From positions 192,001 through 256,000 of the forward strand of contig CAVZRV010000031.1 in NCBI GenBank assembly GCA_963777605.1: 64,000 bases of DNA. The letters run 5' to 3'. A program made the position numbers and the translations under genes. The notes under the pieces were generated by a model that had not been told where the DNA came from, searched no databases, and saw only the letters and a list, made by a program, of their open reading frames with translations. Positions 19,661 to 32,786 of the stretch are shown piece after piece (the first letter of the stretch is position 1; every line of letters begins with the position of its first letter). The stretch comes from an uncultured Acidobacteriota bacterium. Lineage in GTDB: Bacteria > Acidobacteriota > UBA6911 > RPQK01 > JAPXNP01.

Positions 19661-22376
19661 ATGGGAAGCCAATTCCAACTAACCAGGCGAGGTAGCCTGC
19701 TGACGATTCTTATTGGCGCAGCCATCCTGGGCATCGTCATCCTTGGCAATTGTCTCCGGCTTGATCCAGAAGTGGCTGTGGATGGAACAACTCGACTACA
19801 GTTCAATCTTCTGGACACTCCTCTCCGTGAAGTGGCAGATGTTCTGCCTGGCATTTGTGGTTGTGTTCCCGTACCTGTGGATCAATCTCAATCTTGCGGC
19901 AAAGAAAGGCGCTCGCGTCCATGCGGGCAATTCGGAAGGCTCGTTCTACGTTGTCGGGAAAAACGGCGTCCGGATCTCCCCTGCGGGCCTGAAGCTGGCC
20001 ATGGCAACTGCCAGTGCAGTCGTCGCCTGTTTGTTCGCCCTCATGTTCTATGCGCAGTGGGATACTTACCTTCGCTTTCGCTATGGCGGGTCCTTTGGAC
20101 TGTCCGATCCTCTTTTCGGGGTCGACGTCGGGTTTTATCTGTTCCGCCTGCCCTTCTATGAGCTGCTGCAAAACAGCCTGACGGCGTTGTGCCTGAGCAC
20201 ATTCCTGGCTGTTCTGATCGTCTATGGGTACTTCGAAGTCTTGCAGTTCAGTCGCAACGGAGGGCTGAGGAAGGGGAACATCGGGATCCCGCACCTGTCC
20301 GCACTCCTCTTCTTCCTGATTGCGAACTGGGGCTGGGGGTTCTATTTGGATCACTTCCAGCTTCTCTACTCCAATCTGGGAGTCGTGCACGGAGCCGGCT
20401 ATACGGCGGATCATGTGACCAGGATCGCCCTGTGGGTCATGGTGGGCGCCGCGGCGGCACTGTGTGCTTTGCTCGTGCTCAATTTCTTCCGGCCCGCATT
20501 CAGAGCCGTGGTGGTTGGATGCGGAAGCTTCATTGCTTTGTACCTCATCGGGATCCTGCTGGTGCCGGCCCTTTTCCAGCGGTTCATGGTAGAGCCGAAC
20601 GAGCTGGCCCTTGAGAGCTCGTATCTCAAGAACAACATAGAATTCACTCGGCAGGCCTATAACTTGAGCGCCATCCAGGAAACATCCTATCCTGCCCTGG
20701 CGGACCTGACTCCGGAGACGATCGCCAGAAATCAGGAAACGATTCAGAATGTCCGTCTTTGGGACTGGCGACTGCTGCTTCAAACTTATCGCCAAACCCA
20801 GGAAATACGACTCTACTACCAGTTCTACAACGTCGACGTCGATCGTTACCACCTCGCGGACGGTTATCACCAGGTGATGCTGTCCGCCCGCGAACTCTCG
20901 CCAGAGCTGCCTCCGAAGGCTCGAACCTGGGTCAACCAATACCTGCAGTTTACGCACGGTTACGGCATGGTCATGAGCTTCGTGTCGGAGGTCGTCGGAG
21001 AAGGCTTTCCGCAGTACCTGATCGAGAATATTCCCCCGGAATCGGACCCCAGGCTGACGGCGAGCCAACCGGGCGTTTACTATGGCGAGGCGATGCCGGG
21101 GTATCGAATCGTCGGCACCGGAGTGAAGGAGCTCGATTACCCCAAGGGAGACCAGAATGTCTACACGAGCTACCAGGGAAAAGGAGGCGTCCCGCTGGAC
21201 CGGTATTGGAAGCGTCTTCTCTTCTCCTGGACGCAGTCCGATGTCAATATTCTGCTCACCTCCTACCTCGAGCCGGAGAGTCGCATTCAGCTCTGGAGGC
21301 GGGTTCAGGATCGCGTGTCGCAGATCGCTCCCTTCTTGCAGCTCGACAAGGATCCCTATGCCGTAATGAGCGAGGGCAGGCAGTACTGGATCCAGGATGC
21401 CTACACAACCTCCGACCGCTTTCCCTATGCCAATCCGTACACGACCGGCTTCGCACAGAACCTGAACTATATTCGGAATTCCGTGAAGGTTGTCGTGGAC
21501 ATGTACGATGGAACGGTCCTCTTCTACGTCACGGATCCCGCCGATCCGGTCCTGGAGGTCTATCGGCATGCGTTTCCTGGAGTTTTTCAGGACCTCAGCC
21601 AACTCTCGGAAGATCTGAAGCAGCACCTGCGCTACCCCGAAGATCTATTCTCGATCCAGGCAGACTTGTACAGGACCTTTCACATGACACCTCCCCAGGT
21701 TTTCTACAACCAGGAGGACTTGTGGATGCTCCCCCAGCAGAAGTACGCCGGCACGGCGCTCCCTATGGAGCCTTATTACATCCTGATGAAACTTCCCGGA
21801 AGCGACCAGCTCCAGTACCTCCTCATGATGCCGTTTTCGCCTCAAAACCGGGACAACATGGTTGCCTGGATGGCCGCCAGGTGCGACTTCCCTCGGTACG
21901 GAGAGATCCTCGTTTACCAACTCCCGAAGGATAAGCTGGTTCTGGGCCCAATGCAGATCGAGGCAATGATCGATCAGAACACCACGATCTCCGGGCAGCT
22001 GTCTCTCTGGGACCAGAAGGGGTCGAAAGTCACTCGCGGGAACCTGATCGTTATCCCGATCGAGAACTCCTTTCTGTATGTGGAGCCAGTGTACCTCACG
22101 GCCGAAGGCACGAATATTCCGCAACTCAAGCGAGTCATCGTGGTTTCGGGCGACAACGTGGTGATGGAGCCAACCCTCAACGGGGCGCTCAACGCCCTCT
22201 TCGGAACGCAGCAACCCGGGGTGGGTGCGGCGCCGCAGTCCCCCGGCCCGCGGCCTGAGTTGGGGCGAGCGAGAACGCAGCTCGAGGAGGCTCAAAAGGC
22301 TCTCCAGGAGGGAGACTGGGAGAAATTCGGCAAGGCCATGGCGGTACTCGAACGCCTGCTGACCAAGCCTGAATAG
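19661..22376 (+). CDS. UPF0182 family membrane protein (frameshift near 19746)
   Basis: DPLFGVDVGFYLFRLP, NVRLWD, DVDRY, THGYG, NYIRNSVK, HLRYPEDLF; N-terminus MGSQF... in another frame with a GGAGG RBS. Confidence 0.92.
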
Positions 22377-22574
22377 AAATCGTCCCGACCGAATCATCCG
22401 TCGGCCGATTTCCAGAAAACGGCGATTTTGGCTTGTTGCCGCGGTGAGCAGTTTTGACCAGGGTCCTGTGCATTTCGGAACGGACAGCAGAATCCTCCCG
22501 GAGTACGGTGAGGCTCGGCTTGTCCTCGCAAGCTCAATGTGCGCGGCGGCGGCAAGCATCGAGAGAAGGAGGAA

Positions 22575-22751
22575 ATGGTGTCGGAAAATAAGGGAGACAA
22601 GGCCCGCTATCATCGCGACCGCAAGAAAAGACATCTGATGCGGAAGCAGGTTCGAGAACTCCGCAACGCAAGTGAAGCTGCAAAGAAAGAGGGTCCAGCG
22701 CCCGAAACGGCAGCAGGAGAAGAGTCGCCTGTGGCAGGACAGGGCAAGTGA
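22575..22751 (+). CDS. small basic hypothetical protein (58 aa)
   Basis: AAGGAGG RBS; NKGDKARYHRDRKKR. Confidence 0.6.
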   Translation: MVSENKGDKARYHRDRKKRHLMRKQVRELRNASEAAKKEGPAPETAAGEESPVAGQGK

Positions 22752-23362
22752 TACGGGGCTTTGAGCCCCTCACCGCCGCCGAACCAACCGTGTCATCACT
22801 GAACACGAGCAGGCGGTTCCCGTCCGCTCATCGAATACAAAATTGATGCTTTGATTCGATCGATTCTTGTTTTTCATATCCGCCCGGCCCCACTGGGCTG
22901 CAAAGATCGTTCCCGGATTCAGTCTTTGCAGACGAGTTGCCTGGTGCGGAAGACTGATGTAACGCATCGGCTGAACAGGCCAACCGAGTACATTTCTCAT
23001 TGATGGAGCGGAACGGAGGCATGTATAGTTCTTTGTAAATACACTAATTCTGAGGGAGAGACTTGCTTATGCTGAAGTCCTATTCATGGCTGTCTATGCA
23101 CATAGGAGCCTATGCTCACACGTCCTATGAGACCGCGACAACGCAATCAGCATTCATCCAGAAGGAGATCAAACTTTAGCGCACTGGTGAAATGTGAATA
23201 AGTGAGGTCCGGAAGCGATCAGCCCCCGCATCCTTAACAAAGTCGCCACCGACCGGCCCTCGCCGAACATTCGGTGGCTCGAGACATTCGACGGACCGGG
23301 TACCCGGAGAAGGCTTCGGGAGCCGATCCAGGAAGGCAGCCTGCCATGCGGAGAACGCCTTA

Positions 23363-26300
23363 ATGACGGCAAAGCGCACAAACAAAGCAAACGTTGCTGA
23401 AACACGGGACGGTGCCGAGACTCTCGAGGCGGCTAAGACTGCCCTTCCTCAACCACCGGGTTTCCCCATTGTCGGCATCGGCGCGTCGGCCGGCGGCCTG
23501 GCCGCCTTCGAAGACTTCTTTTCCGGGATGCCCTCCGATGCAGATCCGGGCATGGCTTTTGTGCTCGTGCAGCACCTGGCCCCGGACCACAAGAGCATTC
23601 TTACCGAGCTCGTCCAGCGCTACACCAGCATGCAGGTCTTTGAAGTCGTGGACGGGGTGACGGTACGGCCCAATTGTGCCTACATCATCCCTCCGAACCG
23701 CGACATAGCCCTTCTGAACGGAACCCTCAAACTGACAGAGCCCTCTGCTCCCCATGGCCACCGCCTGCCGATCGACTTCTTCTTTCGCTCGCTGGCCCTG
23801 GACCAGCGCGAGCGAGCGATCTGTATTGTGCTTTCGGGCACAGGAAGCGATGGCACGCTGGGTATGCGGGCCGTCAAAGGCGAGGGCGGCATGGCCATGG
23901 CGCAGACTCCCGCTTCGACCGAGTACGACGGCATGCCCCGCAGTTCCATCGCCACCGGCCTGGTGGATTATGTGCTCTCACCGGCCGAGATGCCGGCCGC
24001 CCTCATCGCCTATTCGGCTCTCGCTTTCAACGGCGGCGCGAGACCTCTCACTGTGGCCCCTTCCCAACCCGAAAATGAGCTGAATGGAATCTTCGTTTTG
24101 TTGCGTTCCCAGATAGGACACGACTTCTCCCAATACAAGCCAACCACGATCCAACGTCGAGTTGAAAGACGCATGGCCGTCCACCAGATCGGGACGATGG
24201 ACAAATATCTCCAGTTCATGCGGCAGACGCCGGCCGAGACGGAGGCGTTGTTTCGCGACCTATTGATCGGCGTGACCAACTTTTTCCGCGACCCGAAGGC
24301 TTTCGAGGCGATCGAGAAACAGGTGATTCCCGAACTCTTTGCCAGTAAGCCCGCGGGTGGCGAGATCCGTGTCTGGACGCCAGGCTGCTCCACCGGAGAG
24401 GAAGCCTATTCCCTTGCCATTCTGCTCAGTGAACACAAGGAGTCGCTGAAGCAGAGCTTCAAGGTCCAATTCTTTGCGACCGATATTGACAGCGAGGCGA
24501 TTTCCACGGCCCGTGCCGGGCTTTATCCGGACAGCATCGAAGCCGATGTTTCTCCGGAACGGCTGGCACGCTACTTCGTCCCTGAGCCCGGAAGCGACTC
24601 CTACCGAATCCGCAAATGCATCCGGGACATGATGGTCTTCTCCGAACAGGACGTGATCAAGGACCCTCCTTTTTCCAATCTCGACCTCATCAGCTGCCGC
24701 AATCTCCTGATCTATATGGACAGAGACTTGCACGAAAAGCTCATGCCCCTGTTCCACTACGCCCTGAGTTCCGGGCGGCTGTCTTTTTCTTGGCACGTCG
24801 GAGTCGATAGGAGAGTTTGAAGACCTTTTCACCACGCTCGACCGCAAGTCCAAGCTGTACCGGCGGAGAGAGGGACTGCTCAAGAGTCGGACCGCAGCCT
24901 TCCGTGGTCTTCCCCGGCGTGTGCAGTGGAAAGCCGGAGAGGTGTCCCAGGCCTCCGGCAGTGCTGCGGACGCGAGGAGGCCGCGCCTGCGAGAACTGAC
25001 CGAACAGGCACTGCTTCAGCAGCTCGCCCCGGCCGCCGCACTCGTCAACGAAGGGGGAGATATCCACTATCTTTACGGCCGTACCGGCATGTATCTGGAG
25101 CCAAACCCGGGCGAGGCCGGCATTAACAACATCCTCAAGATGGCCCGCGAGGGATTACTGTGCAAACTGACGACGGCTCTGCACCGGTGCGCTTCCGAGC
25201 AGACCATCGTGCGCTGCCCGGGATTGCTGATCAAAACCAACGGCGGCTTCACCTCGGCCAACCTGACCGTCCTGCCGGTGGCCGCCGGTCCTGGCCCGGC
25301 GCCCGACTTCCAGCTCTACCTCGTCATCCTTGAGGACGCGCCGCCCTCCTCATCCGATCAGGCGCAGCGGGGGGCCGCCTCAAGACTCGAGGAAGGGGCA
25401 GACGATGAATTCGGAGATGCCGACTCCCGCATCGCCGCACTCAAGAGGGCATTGATAGCAAAAGAGGAATACCTCGAGAGCACAAACGAAGAACTGGAAA
25501 GTTCGAATGAGGCAACTCAGAGCCACCAACGAAGAACTGCAATCCACCAACGAAGAACTGCAATCCACCAACGAAGAACTGGAGACCTCCAAGGAGGAAC
25601 TGCAGTCCATCAACGAGGAGTTGGCCACGGTCAATGCCGAGCTGAACAACAAGGTGGTCGATCTGGTGCAGACAAACAACGACATGAACAATTTACTGGC
25701 CGGCACCGGCATCGCCACTGTCTTCGTGGACCATCAACTGCGGATCCTTCGCTTCACACCCGCCGCTACCCAGATCATCAACCTGATTCTAAGCGACGTC
25801 GGGCGCCCTGTCGGCCACATCGTCTCCAACCTGACTGGCTACGACCTACTTTCTGTCGACACCCAGATTGTCATGGACACCCTGATTCCCAAAGAGGTCG
25901 AAGTGCAGACGGTGGCGGGCAAGTGGTTTACCTTGGGCATCCGACCTTATCGGACCCTGGAAAATGTGATCGAAGGCGCCGTGATCACTTTCGTTGACAT
26001 TAACAAGATGAAAGCGACTCAGGAAGCTCTCAAGGAGAGCGAATTCCGCTTTCGACAGTTCGTGGAGTCCGTGCCGCAGCTCGTGTGGGCCTGCGATTGC
26101 GACGGCTTCTCCGACTACCTGAGTCCCCAGTGGATCGAATTCACGGGCACGCCGGAGAGTGAACAGCTGGGCTCCGGGTGGCTTGACCGGATCCACCCGG
26201 AGGATCGACCCAAATTGAAAGCGGTGTGGGAGACGGTGACGACCGGGAAGAAGCTCGATCCAATTGCATACCGCATCCGCCGCCACAACGGCGATTATCA

Positions 26301-26421
26301 CTGGTTCGAAACGCGCGCAACTGCCTTGCCCGATGCAGATGGCCGGATCGTGAGGTGGTTCGGCGTTTGCGCGGAGACGACGGGCCGCCGGCCGCAAGAC
26401 CCGTCAGAGCGGGAGCAATGA
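23363..26421 (+). CDS. CheB-CheR-PAS fusion protein (frameshifts near 24770 and 25511)
   Basis: GASAGG, VQHL, SGTGSDG (CheB); VTNFFRD, GCSTGEEAYS, SCRNLLIY (CheR); NEELQS coiled coil; PAS domains; the three ORF pieces join by single-base shifts. Confidence 0.9.
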
Positions 26422-28211
26422 GTAAAGAACAACAAGAGGAGGGTCCCGCGATGGACCATGAGGTTGACCGAAACGAAGATCTCGATTCCTCGACAGACCA
26501 GAAAGGCGACCTGCGCAGGCGGGCCGAAGAGGTCGCCCTGGAGAGGAGCAGCGAGTCCCGGAACCGACTGGAGAACCTGTCGCCGGAAGCAGCCCGGAGA
26601 GCACTCCATGAGTTGTGGGTCCACCAGATCGAGTTGGAGATGCAGAACGAAGAGTTGCGCCGAACCCAGGAACTGCTGGATGCCTCTCGGGCACGCTACT
26701 TCGACCTCTATGACCTGGCCCCAATAGGTTATTGCACCGTCAATAGAGCAGGTGTAGTCGAGGAGGCCAACCTCACCGCCGCGAACCTGCTTGGGGTACC
26801 GAGAGGTGCGCTTGTCAATGTACCTCTGACCCGATTCATCCTCAACGAGGAACAGGACACCTACTATTTTCAATTCAAGAAGGCCTTCGAAACCGGTGAT
26901 CCCCAGGAAAGCGAACTGCGCATGCGAAAAGCTGACCGCACCCCATTCTGGGCCCACCTGGCGACCTGTGCCACGACGAATCATGACGGCGAGCCCATGT
27001 GCCGCGTCGTGATCGGCGATATCAGCGCACGCAAGCATGCCGAGGAGGAGAAGACCAAAATCGAAAGGCAGCTTCAACAGGCCCGGAAGTTGGAATCGAT
27101 CGGCCAACTGGCGGGCGGCGTCGCGCACGACTTTAACAATATGCTGGCAGTAATCCTCGGCTATGTGGAGATCGCGATCGAGCAGGTAGATGCCGACGAA
27201 CCGCTGCGATCCGACCTTCTGGAGATTCGCAAGGCGGCTCTGCGATCCGCAGACGTCACACGGCAGCTTCTGGCGTTCGCGTGCAAACAGCCCGTCATCC
27301 CGAAGGTGTTGGACCTCAACGAAGTCGTGGCCGGGATGGTGGGAATGCTGCGGAAGCTCATCGGAGAAAATATCGAGATCGAATGGCGGCCGGGAGTGAG
27401 CGTGTGGCCGGTCGAGGCTGACCAGTCTCAAATCGAACAGGCTGTGGCAAATCTGTGTATCAATGTCCGCGATGCCGTCACGGACGTCGGCAAGATCCTA
27501 CTTGAAACAGGAAACAGCGTCTTGGATGAAGCCTTCTGTGCCTCTCGAAAGTCCTGTGTCCCCGGAGAGTACGTGTGGCTCGCCGTCCGCGACAACGGCT
27601 GCGGAATGAACGCGGACACTCTGGCCCACCTTTTCGAGCCGTTCTTCACGACAAAGGAAATCGGTAAGGGTACCGGCTTGGGCCTGGCCACAGTCTACGG
27701 CGCAATCAAGCAGAACCACGGTTTCGTCGATGTCCGCAGCAAGCAGGGCGAGGGAACCACGTTCACGCTCTATCTACCTCGGTATGTGGGAGATGTGCAA
27801 CTGGCGCCCCCGAAAGCCTCTCCTAAAGCGATCCGGCCCGGCGCGGAGACCATCTTGCTGGTGGAAGATGAGCCCAGCGTTCGGAGACTGGCCGCGAAAA
27901 TGCTTGAGAGGCAGGGCTATACCGTGATGTTGGCAGCCACTCCCGACGAAGCGATCCGCCTCGTCCGGGAGCGCACCGGCGAGATCAACCTTCTCTTGAC
28001 CGATGTGGCCATGGCTGGGATGAACGGCTGGGATCTGGCCCAGGCTCTGCGCCGCATTTGTCCGTCCATCAAGCGCCTGTTCATGTCGGGTTATACCGAC
28101 GATGCCATCTCACAGCACGTCGCGACGGATGAGCAGCTGAATTTCATTCACAAGCCCTTCTCGTCACGAGAACTGATCGTCAAAGTCCGGCAGGCGTTGG
28201 ACGGCCGATAG
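26418..28211 (+). CDS. PAS-domain hybrid sensor histidine kinase / response regulator
   Basis: [12 protein letters not shown] coil, PAS, AHDFNN H-box, [13 protein letters not shown], receiver LLVEDE...TDV..MSGY...KPF. Confidence 0.93.
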   Translation: MSKEQQEEGPAMDHEVDRNEDLDSSTDQKGDLRRRAEEVALERSSESRNRLENLSPEAARRALHELWVHQIELEMQNEELRRTQELLDASRARYFDLYDLAPIGYCTVNRAGVVEEANLTAANLLGVPRGALVNVPLTRFILNEEQDTYYFQFKKAFETGDPQESELRMRKADRTPFWAHLATCATTNHDGEPMCRVVIGDISARKHAEEEKTKIERQLQQARKLESIGQLAGGVAHDFNNMLAVILGYVEIAIEQVDADEPLRSDLLEIRKAALRSADVTRQLLAFACKQPVIPKVLDLNEVVAGMVGMLRKLIGENIEIEWRPGVSVWPVEADQSQIEQAVANLCINVRDAVTDVGKILLETGNSVLDEAFCASRKSCVPGEYVWLAVRDNGCGMNADTLAHLFEPFFTTKEIGKGTGLGLATVYGAIKQNHGFVDVRSKQGEGTTFTLYLPRYVGDVQLAPPKASPKAIRPGAETILLVEDEPSVRRLAAKMLERQGYTVMLAATPDEAIRLVRERTGEINLLLTDVAMAGMNGWDLAQALRRICPSIKRLFMSGYTDDAISQHVATDEQLNFIHKPFSSRELIVKVRQALDGR

Positions 28212-28336
28212 GAGATCGACCAGAAGGAACGAGCCGACCTGGCCAGGGCCACTGAACTGGCAGAGGCTCGGTTAGTGAATAAGCCGCAGTTCCGGCCTTG
28301 AATCACTTCGAGCGGAAATCGGCTGGATGGACTGCA

Positions 28337-30236
28337 ATGATAAAGATCAGCTTGACGAAACGCACAAAGAGAATGTTGCTCATATCCGGCGTCCTATTGT
28401 GGCCATTCTTGTGTCCTGGATGCTCTCAATGAATGGGGGAAAGGACAGGCCGATCGGATCAACTACTCGGAACTGGTCAGCCTGTCGAAAGAAGCCAGGT
28501 TCAGGAGTACGGCTTCGACGCCCCTCATCCTCACGGACAGCGGGTTGAAGGGAAGATACGTCAAGAACGGTTCAGAGACTGAAAGAAGTTTCGAAGGGAT
28601 CATTCCCGACGGCTCCCAGAAGAGCCTGGCTGACACGCTGGTTGCTCAAGGGCTCATCGTGAAGGTTCAGACCGGGACACAGCATTCGTGGAGTTCTCTG
28701 CTTCTCACTCTCGGATTGCCGATTCTTCTCATCGCAGGCGCTATCTACTTCACGGCAGTCCGATTGATAGGCAAAAACAGTGGCAACGACCTCAGCTCAA
28801 TAGGAAAAAGCCGAGCCAAGCTGTGGATGACGTCTTCGAAAAAGGTGACATTTCGGGATGTGGCAGGAGCGGACGAAGCGAAGGAAGAATTGCAGGAAAT
28901 CGTCGAATTCCTGCAGGATCCGGCCCGGTTTCAAACACTCGGAGGGAAAATCCCAAGAGGTGTCCTGATGACGGGCCCTCCGGGTACTGGAAAAACTCTG
29001 CTGGCGAGGGCCGTGGCGGGTGAGGCCAGTGTCCCCTTTTTCAGTATCAGCGGTTCAGAGTTCGTTGAAATGTTTGTCGGCGTGGGTGCGAGCCGGGTCA
29101 GGAACCTCTTTGAAGTGGGGAAACGGCATGCCCCGTGCCTGGTTTTCATTGATGAGATTGATGCCATCGGGCGGCGGCGTGGAGCGGGGCTGGGCAGCGG
29201 CCACGATGAGAGAGAACAGGCATTGAACCAGCTGCTCTCGGAGATGGACGGTTTCGAGCCCAGCGAAGGCGTCATCGTACTCGGCGCCACAAACCGCCCT
29301 GATATTTTGGATCCAGCCCTGCTTCGCCCCGGCCGCTTTGATCGACATGTGGAGGTTGGACTGCCGGACAGCAAGGGTCGTGAAGGCATCCTGAGAGTGC
29401 ACCTGCGCAGTATCCCGATGTCCGACGATGTCGAGATTCCGCTTCTGGCACGCAGCACGCAAGGATTCTCCGGGGCTCAGTTGGAGAGCCTGGTCAATGA
29501 GGCCGCCTTGAGAGGCGCCCGCTTCAATCGGGATGCGGTGACCATGGACGACTTCCTCGAGGAGAAAGACAAGAGCATGATGGGCCGGGAGCGAAGATCC
29601 CTGGTAGTCAGTGCAAGAGAACGGACGTGCGCAGCCTATCGTGAGGCCGGGCATACCCTGGTTGCCTGGCTGCTCCCCGAGTCGGATCCAGTGCAGAAGG
29701 TCACCATCATCCCCCGGGCCAACGATATCGGCACAACGGTGCAAGTCCCCGAAGATGGCCGGTACCGACCGACAAAGCAGCATTTGGAGTCAGCGATCGC
29801 CATACTCATGGCACGAAGATGCGCCGAAGAACTCTTCCTGGGCAGCGCCACCTCAGCGGTAGCCAAGGACTTGAGCGAAGCCACCAGGTTGGCCCACAGG
29901 ATGGTCTGCGAATGGGGCATGGCCGAGGAGTTGGGCCCGATCGCTCTGGGCGGACGGGATGAAAACGTCTTCCTGGGGACAGAAATCACTCGTCGGCGCA
30001 AATACGGTGAAGTGACCTCCACCAGTATTGATCAAGCCGTCAGGAGAGTGGTGCTGCAAGGGACTAGCAAAGCGAGAACTATCCTCGAGTCTGGGCGCAG
30101 TACTGTCGTGCGGCTGGCCGATGCGCTTCAAGAATGCGGGAGCCTCGACTCGCGCCAGCTCAAGAACCTCATCGGCGCAGAAGGAGACAGCTTTCGGCCA
30201 TCGGAGGTGCAATCGGCGGGTCATTCTCATCCGTAG
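28337..30236 (+). CDS. ftsH: FtsH-family AAA+ protein; N-terminus disrupted, zinc motif altered
   Basis: [36 protein letters not shown] intact; AYREAGH in place of AYHEAGH; first TM and INYSE segment split over frames at 28337-28545. Confidence 0.8.
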
Positions 30237-30383
30237 GAAGGGGAAGGGTTGAAGCAGCGGAAGGGGCGGCACAAAAAGATGTCTCCGCAGGCAGTCGATC
30301 ATGGCGTTTCGACTTGGAGCCCGGTATGATTCGATCGATTCGAACAATTTCGATTTCCCATCGGATTGGAGGTAGACCCCACA

Positions 30384-32684
30384 ATGCGAGGACACCTTCC
30401 TTGTAAACCAGGCGTATTCATGCTCTGTTTGGCAGGCTTCCTGCTTACGATGGTCTCCTGTACCGGACCGGATGCCTCCGTTCCAGCGGAGACGGCAGGA
30501 AATCTTGAGGGATTGAGATCCCTCTGGACCCCGGTCGGGCTCACCGGAGGGGGGGCCATGTACATGCCAGCAGTCTCACCGCATGACCCGAACCTCATTC
30601 TGATTACCTGCGACATGAGTGGAGCCTATCGCACCACTGACGGCGGCATGACGTGGGACATGATCCATTATTCCCAGCTGATGGGATCGACCCGATGCCG
30701 GTCGGTGTTTCACCCGCAAGATCCTGACGTCATCTTCGGCGCTCACGGCTATCGAGGTGGTCTCAGGGTCAGCCGGGACCGTGGTCTGACCTGGAGTCCG
30801 CTGGGAGAAGGTCTTCCCGCGGGGCTCCTGGAACTGGCCATCGACAGTGTCAACGGGGGCTTCATGCTGGCGGGCACCCGCGAGGCAATCTACTTTTCCA
30901 CCGACGGCGGCCTGAGCTGGAAGCAGAGTGCCGGGTTCAGCGGCCGTCCGGTCGGCCTCCAAATCGCCCCGCCTGACGCCCAGGGGAAGCGGACCTGCTT
31001 TGCCGCCTCAACGGAGGCAGTCTTTGTATCCGCGAGTGACGGGGCGTCCTGGGAGAAGATCGGACAGGGACTGCCCGACAAGGTGCTGGTGGATTTCGCC
31101 GGGGGCTCCCGGGCCGGTCAAACCACCCTCTACTGCGTCACCGAGAGCGAGATCGCCGGCGGTAAGTACGTCGGCGGCGTCTACCGCTCGACGGACGGAG
31201 GACTAACCTGGAAACAGGCCATGGGGAAAGGGATTGACGTATCCGAAAGAGTGTTTACCAGAGGCGACACGCGCCGGGTGATGGTTCCCAGTTACACCTT
31301 CTTAGTGACCAACAATGTGCGACCCGAGACAGTCTACGTTGCCCAGTCCCGGCCCGGCCAGGTCTATCGCAGCGAGGACGCCGGCGAGAGCTGGGAGCCG
31401 ACCTACTTCGCCAATCCCGACGAAGAGGGGTTCAACGTGGAACCGAGTTACTCCATGGCTGAAACCGGCCGGGGAGGCAGCACGGCATCCGGCCTGGGTA
31501 TCGATCCGAATAACCCGGACCGAGTGGTGATGACCGACTGGTTCAAGTGCCAGATCACCAACGACGGAGGCAAGAGCTGGCAAACCCTCCACACGCGAAG
31601 CGCCGAACCGGAGCGCGGCCTGGCCAAGGGACAGCGGTGGATCAACAACGGCCTGGTGGTGACCACCACCTGGTTCTACTACATCGACCCCTTCGAACGG
31701 AATCGCCACTACATCGCCTATACCGACGTGAAATTTGCCCGAAGTGAAGACGCCGGCAAGACCTGGATCTCGGACTTCGCCGCCCCCCTGCGCAACACGA
31801 CCTATGAACTGGCGTTCGATCCGGAAACCCCCGGGAAGATCTGGGGCGCCTTTGCCGACATGCACGACATTCCGAACGGAAACATCATTCTCGGACGGCA
31901 CTACCGAGAACAGTCCGGTGGGGGAGTGGGAATCAGCGAGGACTTTGCCGTCAGCTGGAAAGACACGTCTGAAGGCCTCCCCCAGGAGCCAGTGACGTCC
32001 GTCGTACTCGATCCGAAGAGTCCGAAGAACGGACGGACTCTCTATGCGGCGCTTTTCGAAGCCGGCGTATACAAGTCAATTGACGACGGCAAGACGTGGA
32101 CGAAAAAATCCGAAGGGCTGGGCGCCCCCGGAAAGAACCTCCGCGCCTGCCGGCTGATTCTGCATTCGGACGGGACGCTCTTCTGCCTGGTCACCGCCCT
32201 GCGCAAGGATGACCAGTTCCAACCCGAGGGCCCGGGGTTGTACGCCTCGAAGGACGGTGCAGAATCCTGGAATCTCCTGAATGGGTCTCAGCCCCTGTTG
32301 TGGCCGAAGGACTATGATGTGGATCCGCGCGACAGCAACGTCATATACCTGGGCGCTGCCGATGCCAATGAAAAGCAGGAGGGCGGGCTGTACAAGACCA
32401 CTGACGGCGGCCTCACCTGGAACCGCATCGCCCGAGAGGGACCGGAGACCTTTGGGGCCACCGTGCACCCGAAGCGGCCCGACTGGGTCTACATGAGTCT
32501 CACGGAAAGCGCCCCGGGTTCCGGCCTCTGGCTGAGCAAAGATGCCGGAAGGACCTGGAAACCATTTGAGGGTATTCCGTTCCACAACATCCAGCGGATC
32601 TCTTTCGACGAGACCGACGAGTCAACAATCTATGTCAACACTTTTGGCGGGAGCATATGGAAAGGACCCGCCGAGGAACCCTGA
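30384..32684 (+). CDS. BNR/Asp-box repeat beta-propeller lipoprotein (GH74/VPS10-like)
   Basis: MVSC lipobox; many S/T-x-D-G/A-G-x-T/S-W repeats. Confidence 0.85.
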   Translation: MRGHLPCKPGVFMLCLAGFLLTMVSCTGPDASVPAETAGNLEGLRSLWTPVGLTGGGAMYMPAVSPHDPNLILITCDMSGAYRTTDGGMTWDMIHYSQLMGSTRCRSVFHPQDPDVIFGAHGYRGGLRVSRDRGLTWSPLGEGLPAGLLELAIDSVNGGFMLAGTREAIYFSTDGGLSWKQSAGFSGRPVGLQIAPPDAQGKRTCFAASTEAVFVSASDGASWEKIGQGLPDKVLVDFAGGSRAGQTTLYCVTESEIAGGKYVGGVYRSTDGGLTWKQAMGKGIDVSERVFTRGDTRRVMVPSYTFLVTNNVRPETVYVAQSRPGQVYRSEDAGESWEPTYFANPDEEGFNVEPSYSMAETGRGGSTASGLGIDPNNPDRVVMTDWFKCQITNDGGKSWQTLHTRSAEPERGLAKGQRWINNGLVVTTTWFYYIDPFERNRHYIAYTDVKFARSEDAGKTWISDFAAPLRNTTYELAFDPETPGKIWGAFADMHDIPNGNIILGRHYREQSGGGVGISEDFAVSWKDTSEGLPQEPVTSVVLDPKSPKNGRTLYAALFEAGVYKSIDDGKTWTKKSEGLGAPGKNLRACRLILHSDGTLFCLVTALRKDDQFQPEGPGLYASKDGAESWNLLNGSQPLLWPKDYDVDPRDSNVIYLGAADANEKQEGGLYKTTDGGLTWNRIAREGPETFGATVHPKRPDWVYMSLTESAPGSGLWLSKDAGRTWKPFEGIPFHNIQRISFDETDESTIYVNTFGGSIWKGPAEEP

Positions 32685-32786
32685 CAACGGTCCGGCAGAG
32701 AGACAGCCGTCTTGCGGCTTATCCAGCTCATGACTCTTATCTTCTTCAGGCAGGTGAGAGGCCGACCCGAAGATTTCTTATCGACC

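Noticed and set aside
22770-22914. Sigma-54-like site on the minus strand (GGGAACGATCTTTGC) before a 35-codon ORF
   Set aside because: The ORF has no convincing RBS or recognisable features; could be chance
25484-25620. 21-bp tandem repeat (CCACCAACGAAGAACTGCAAT) as a possible CRISPR or VNTR
   Set aside because: No spacers; it encodes the TNEELQS coiled-coil heptads normal for CheB/CheR fusions
23363-26421. Programmed frameshifting in the CheBR gene and others
   Set aside because: No slippery heptamers at the breaks, and similar breaks occur in many unrelated genes
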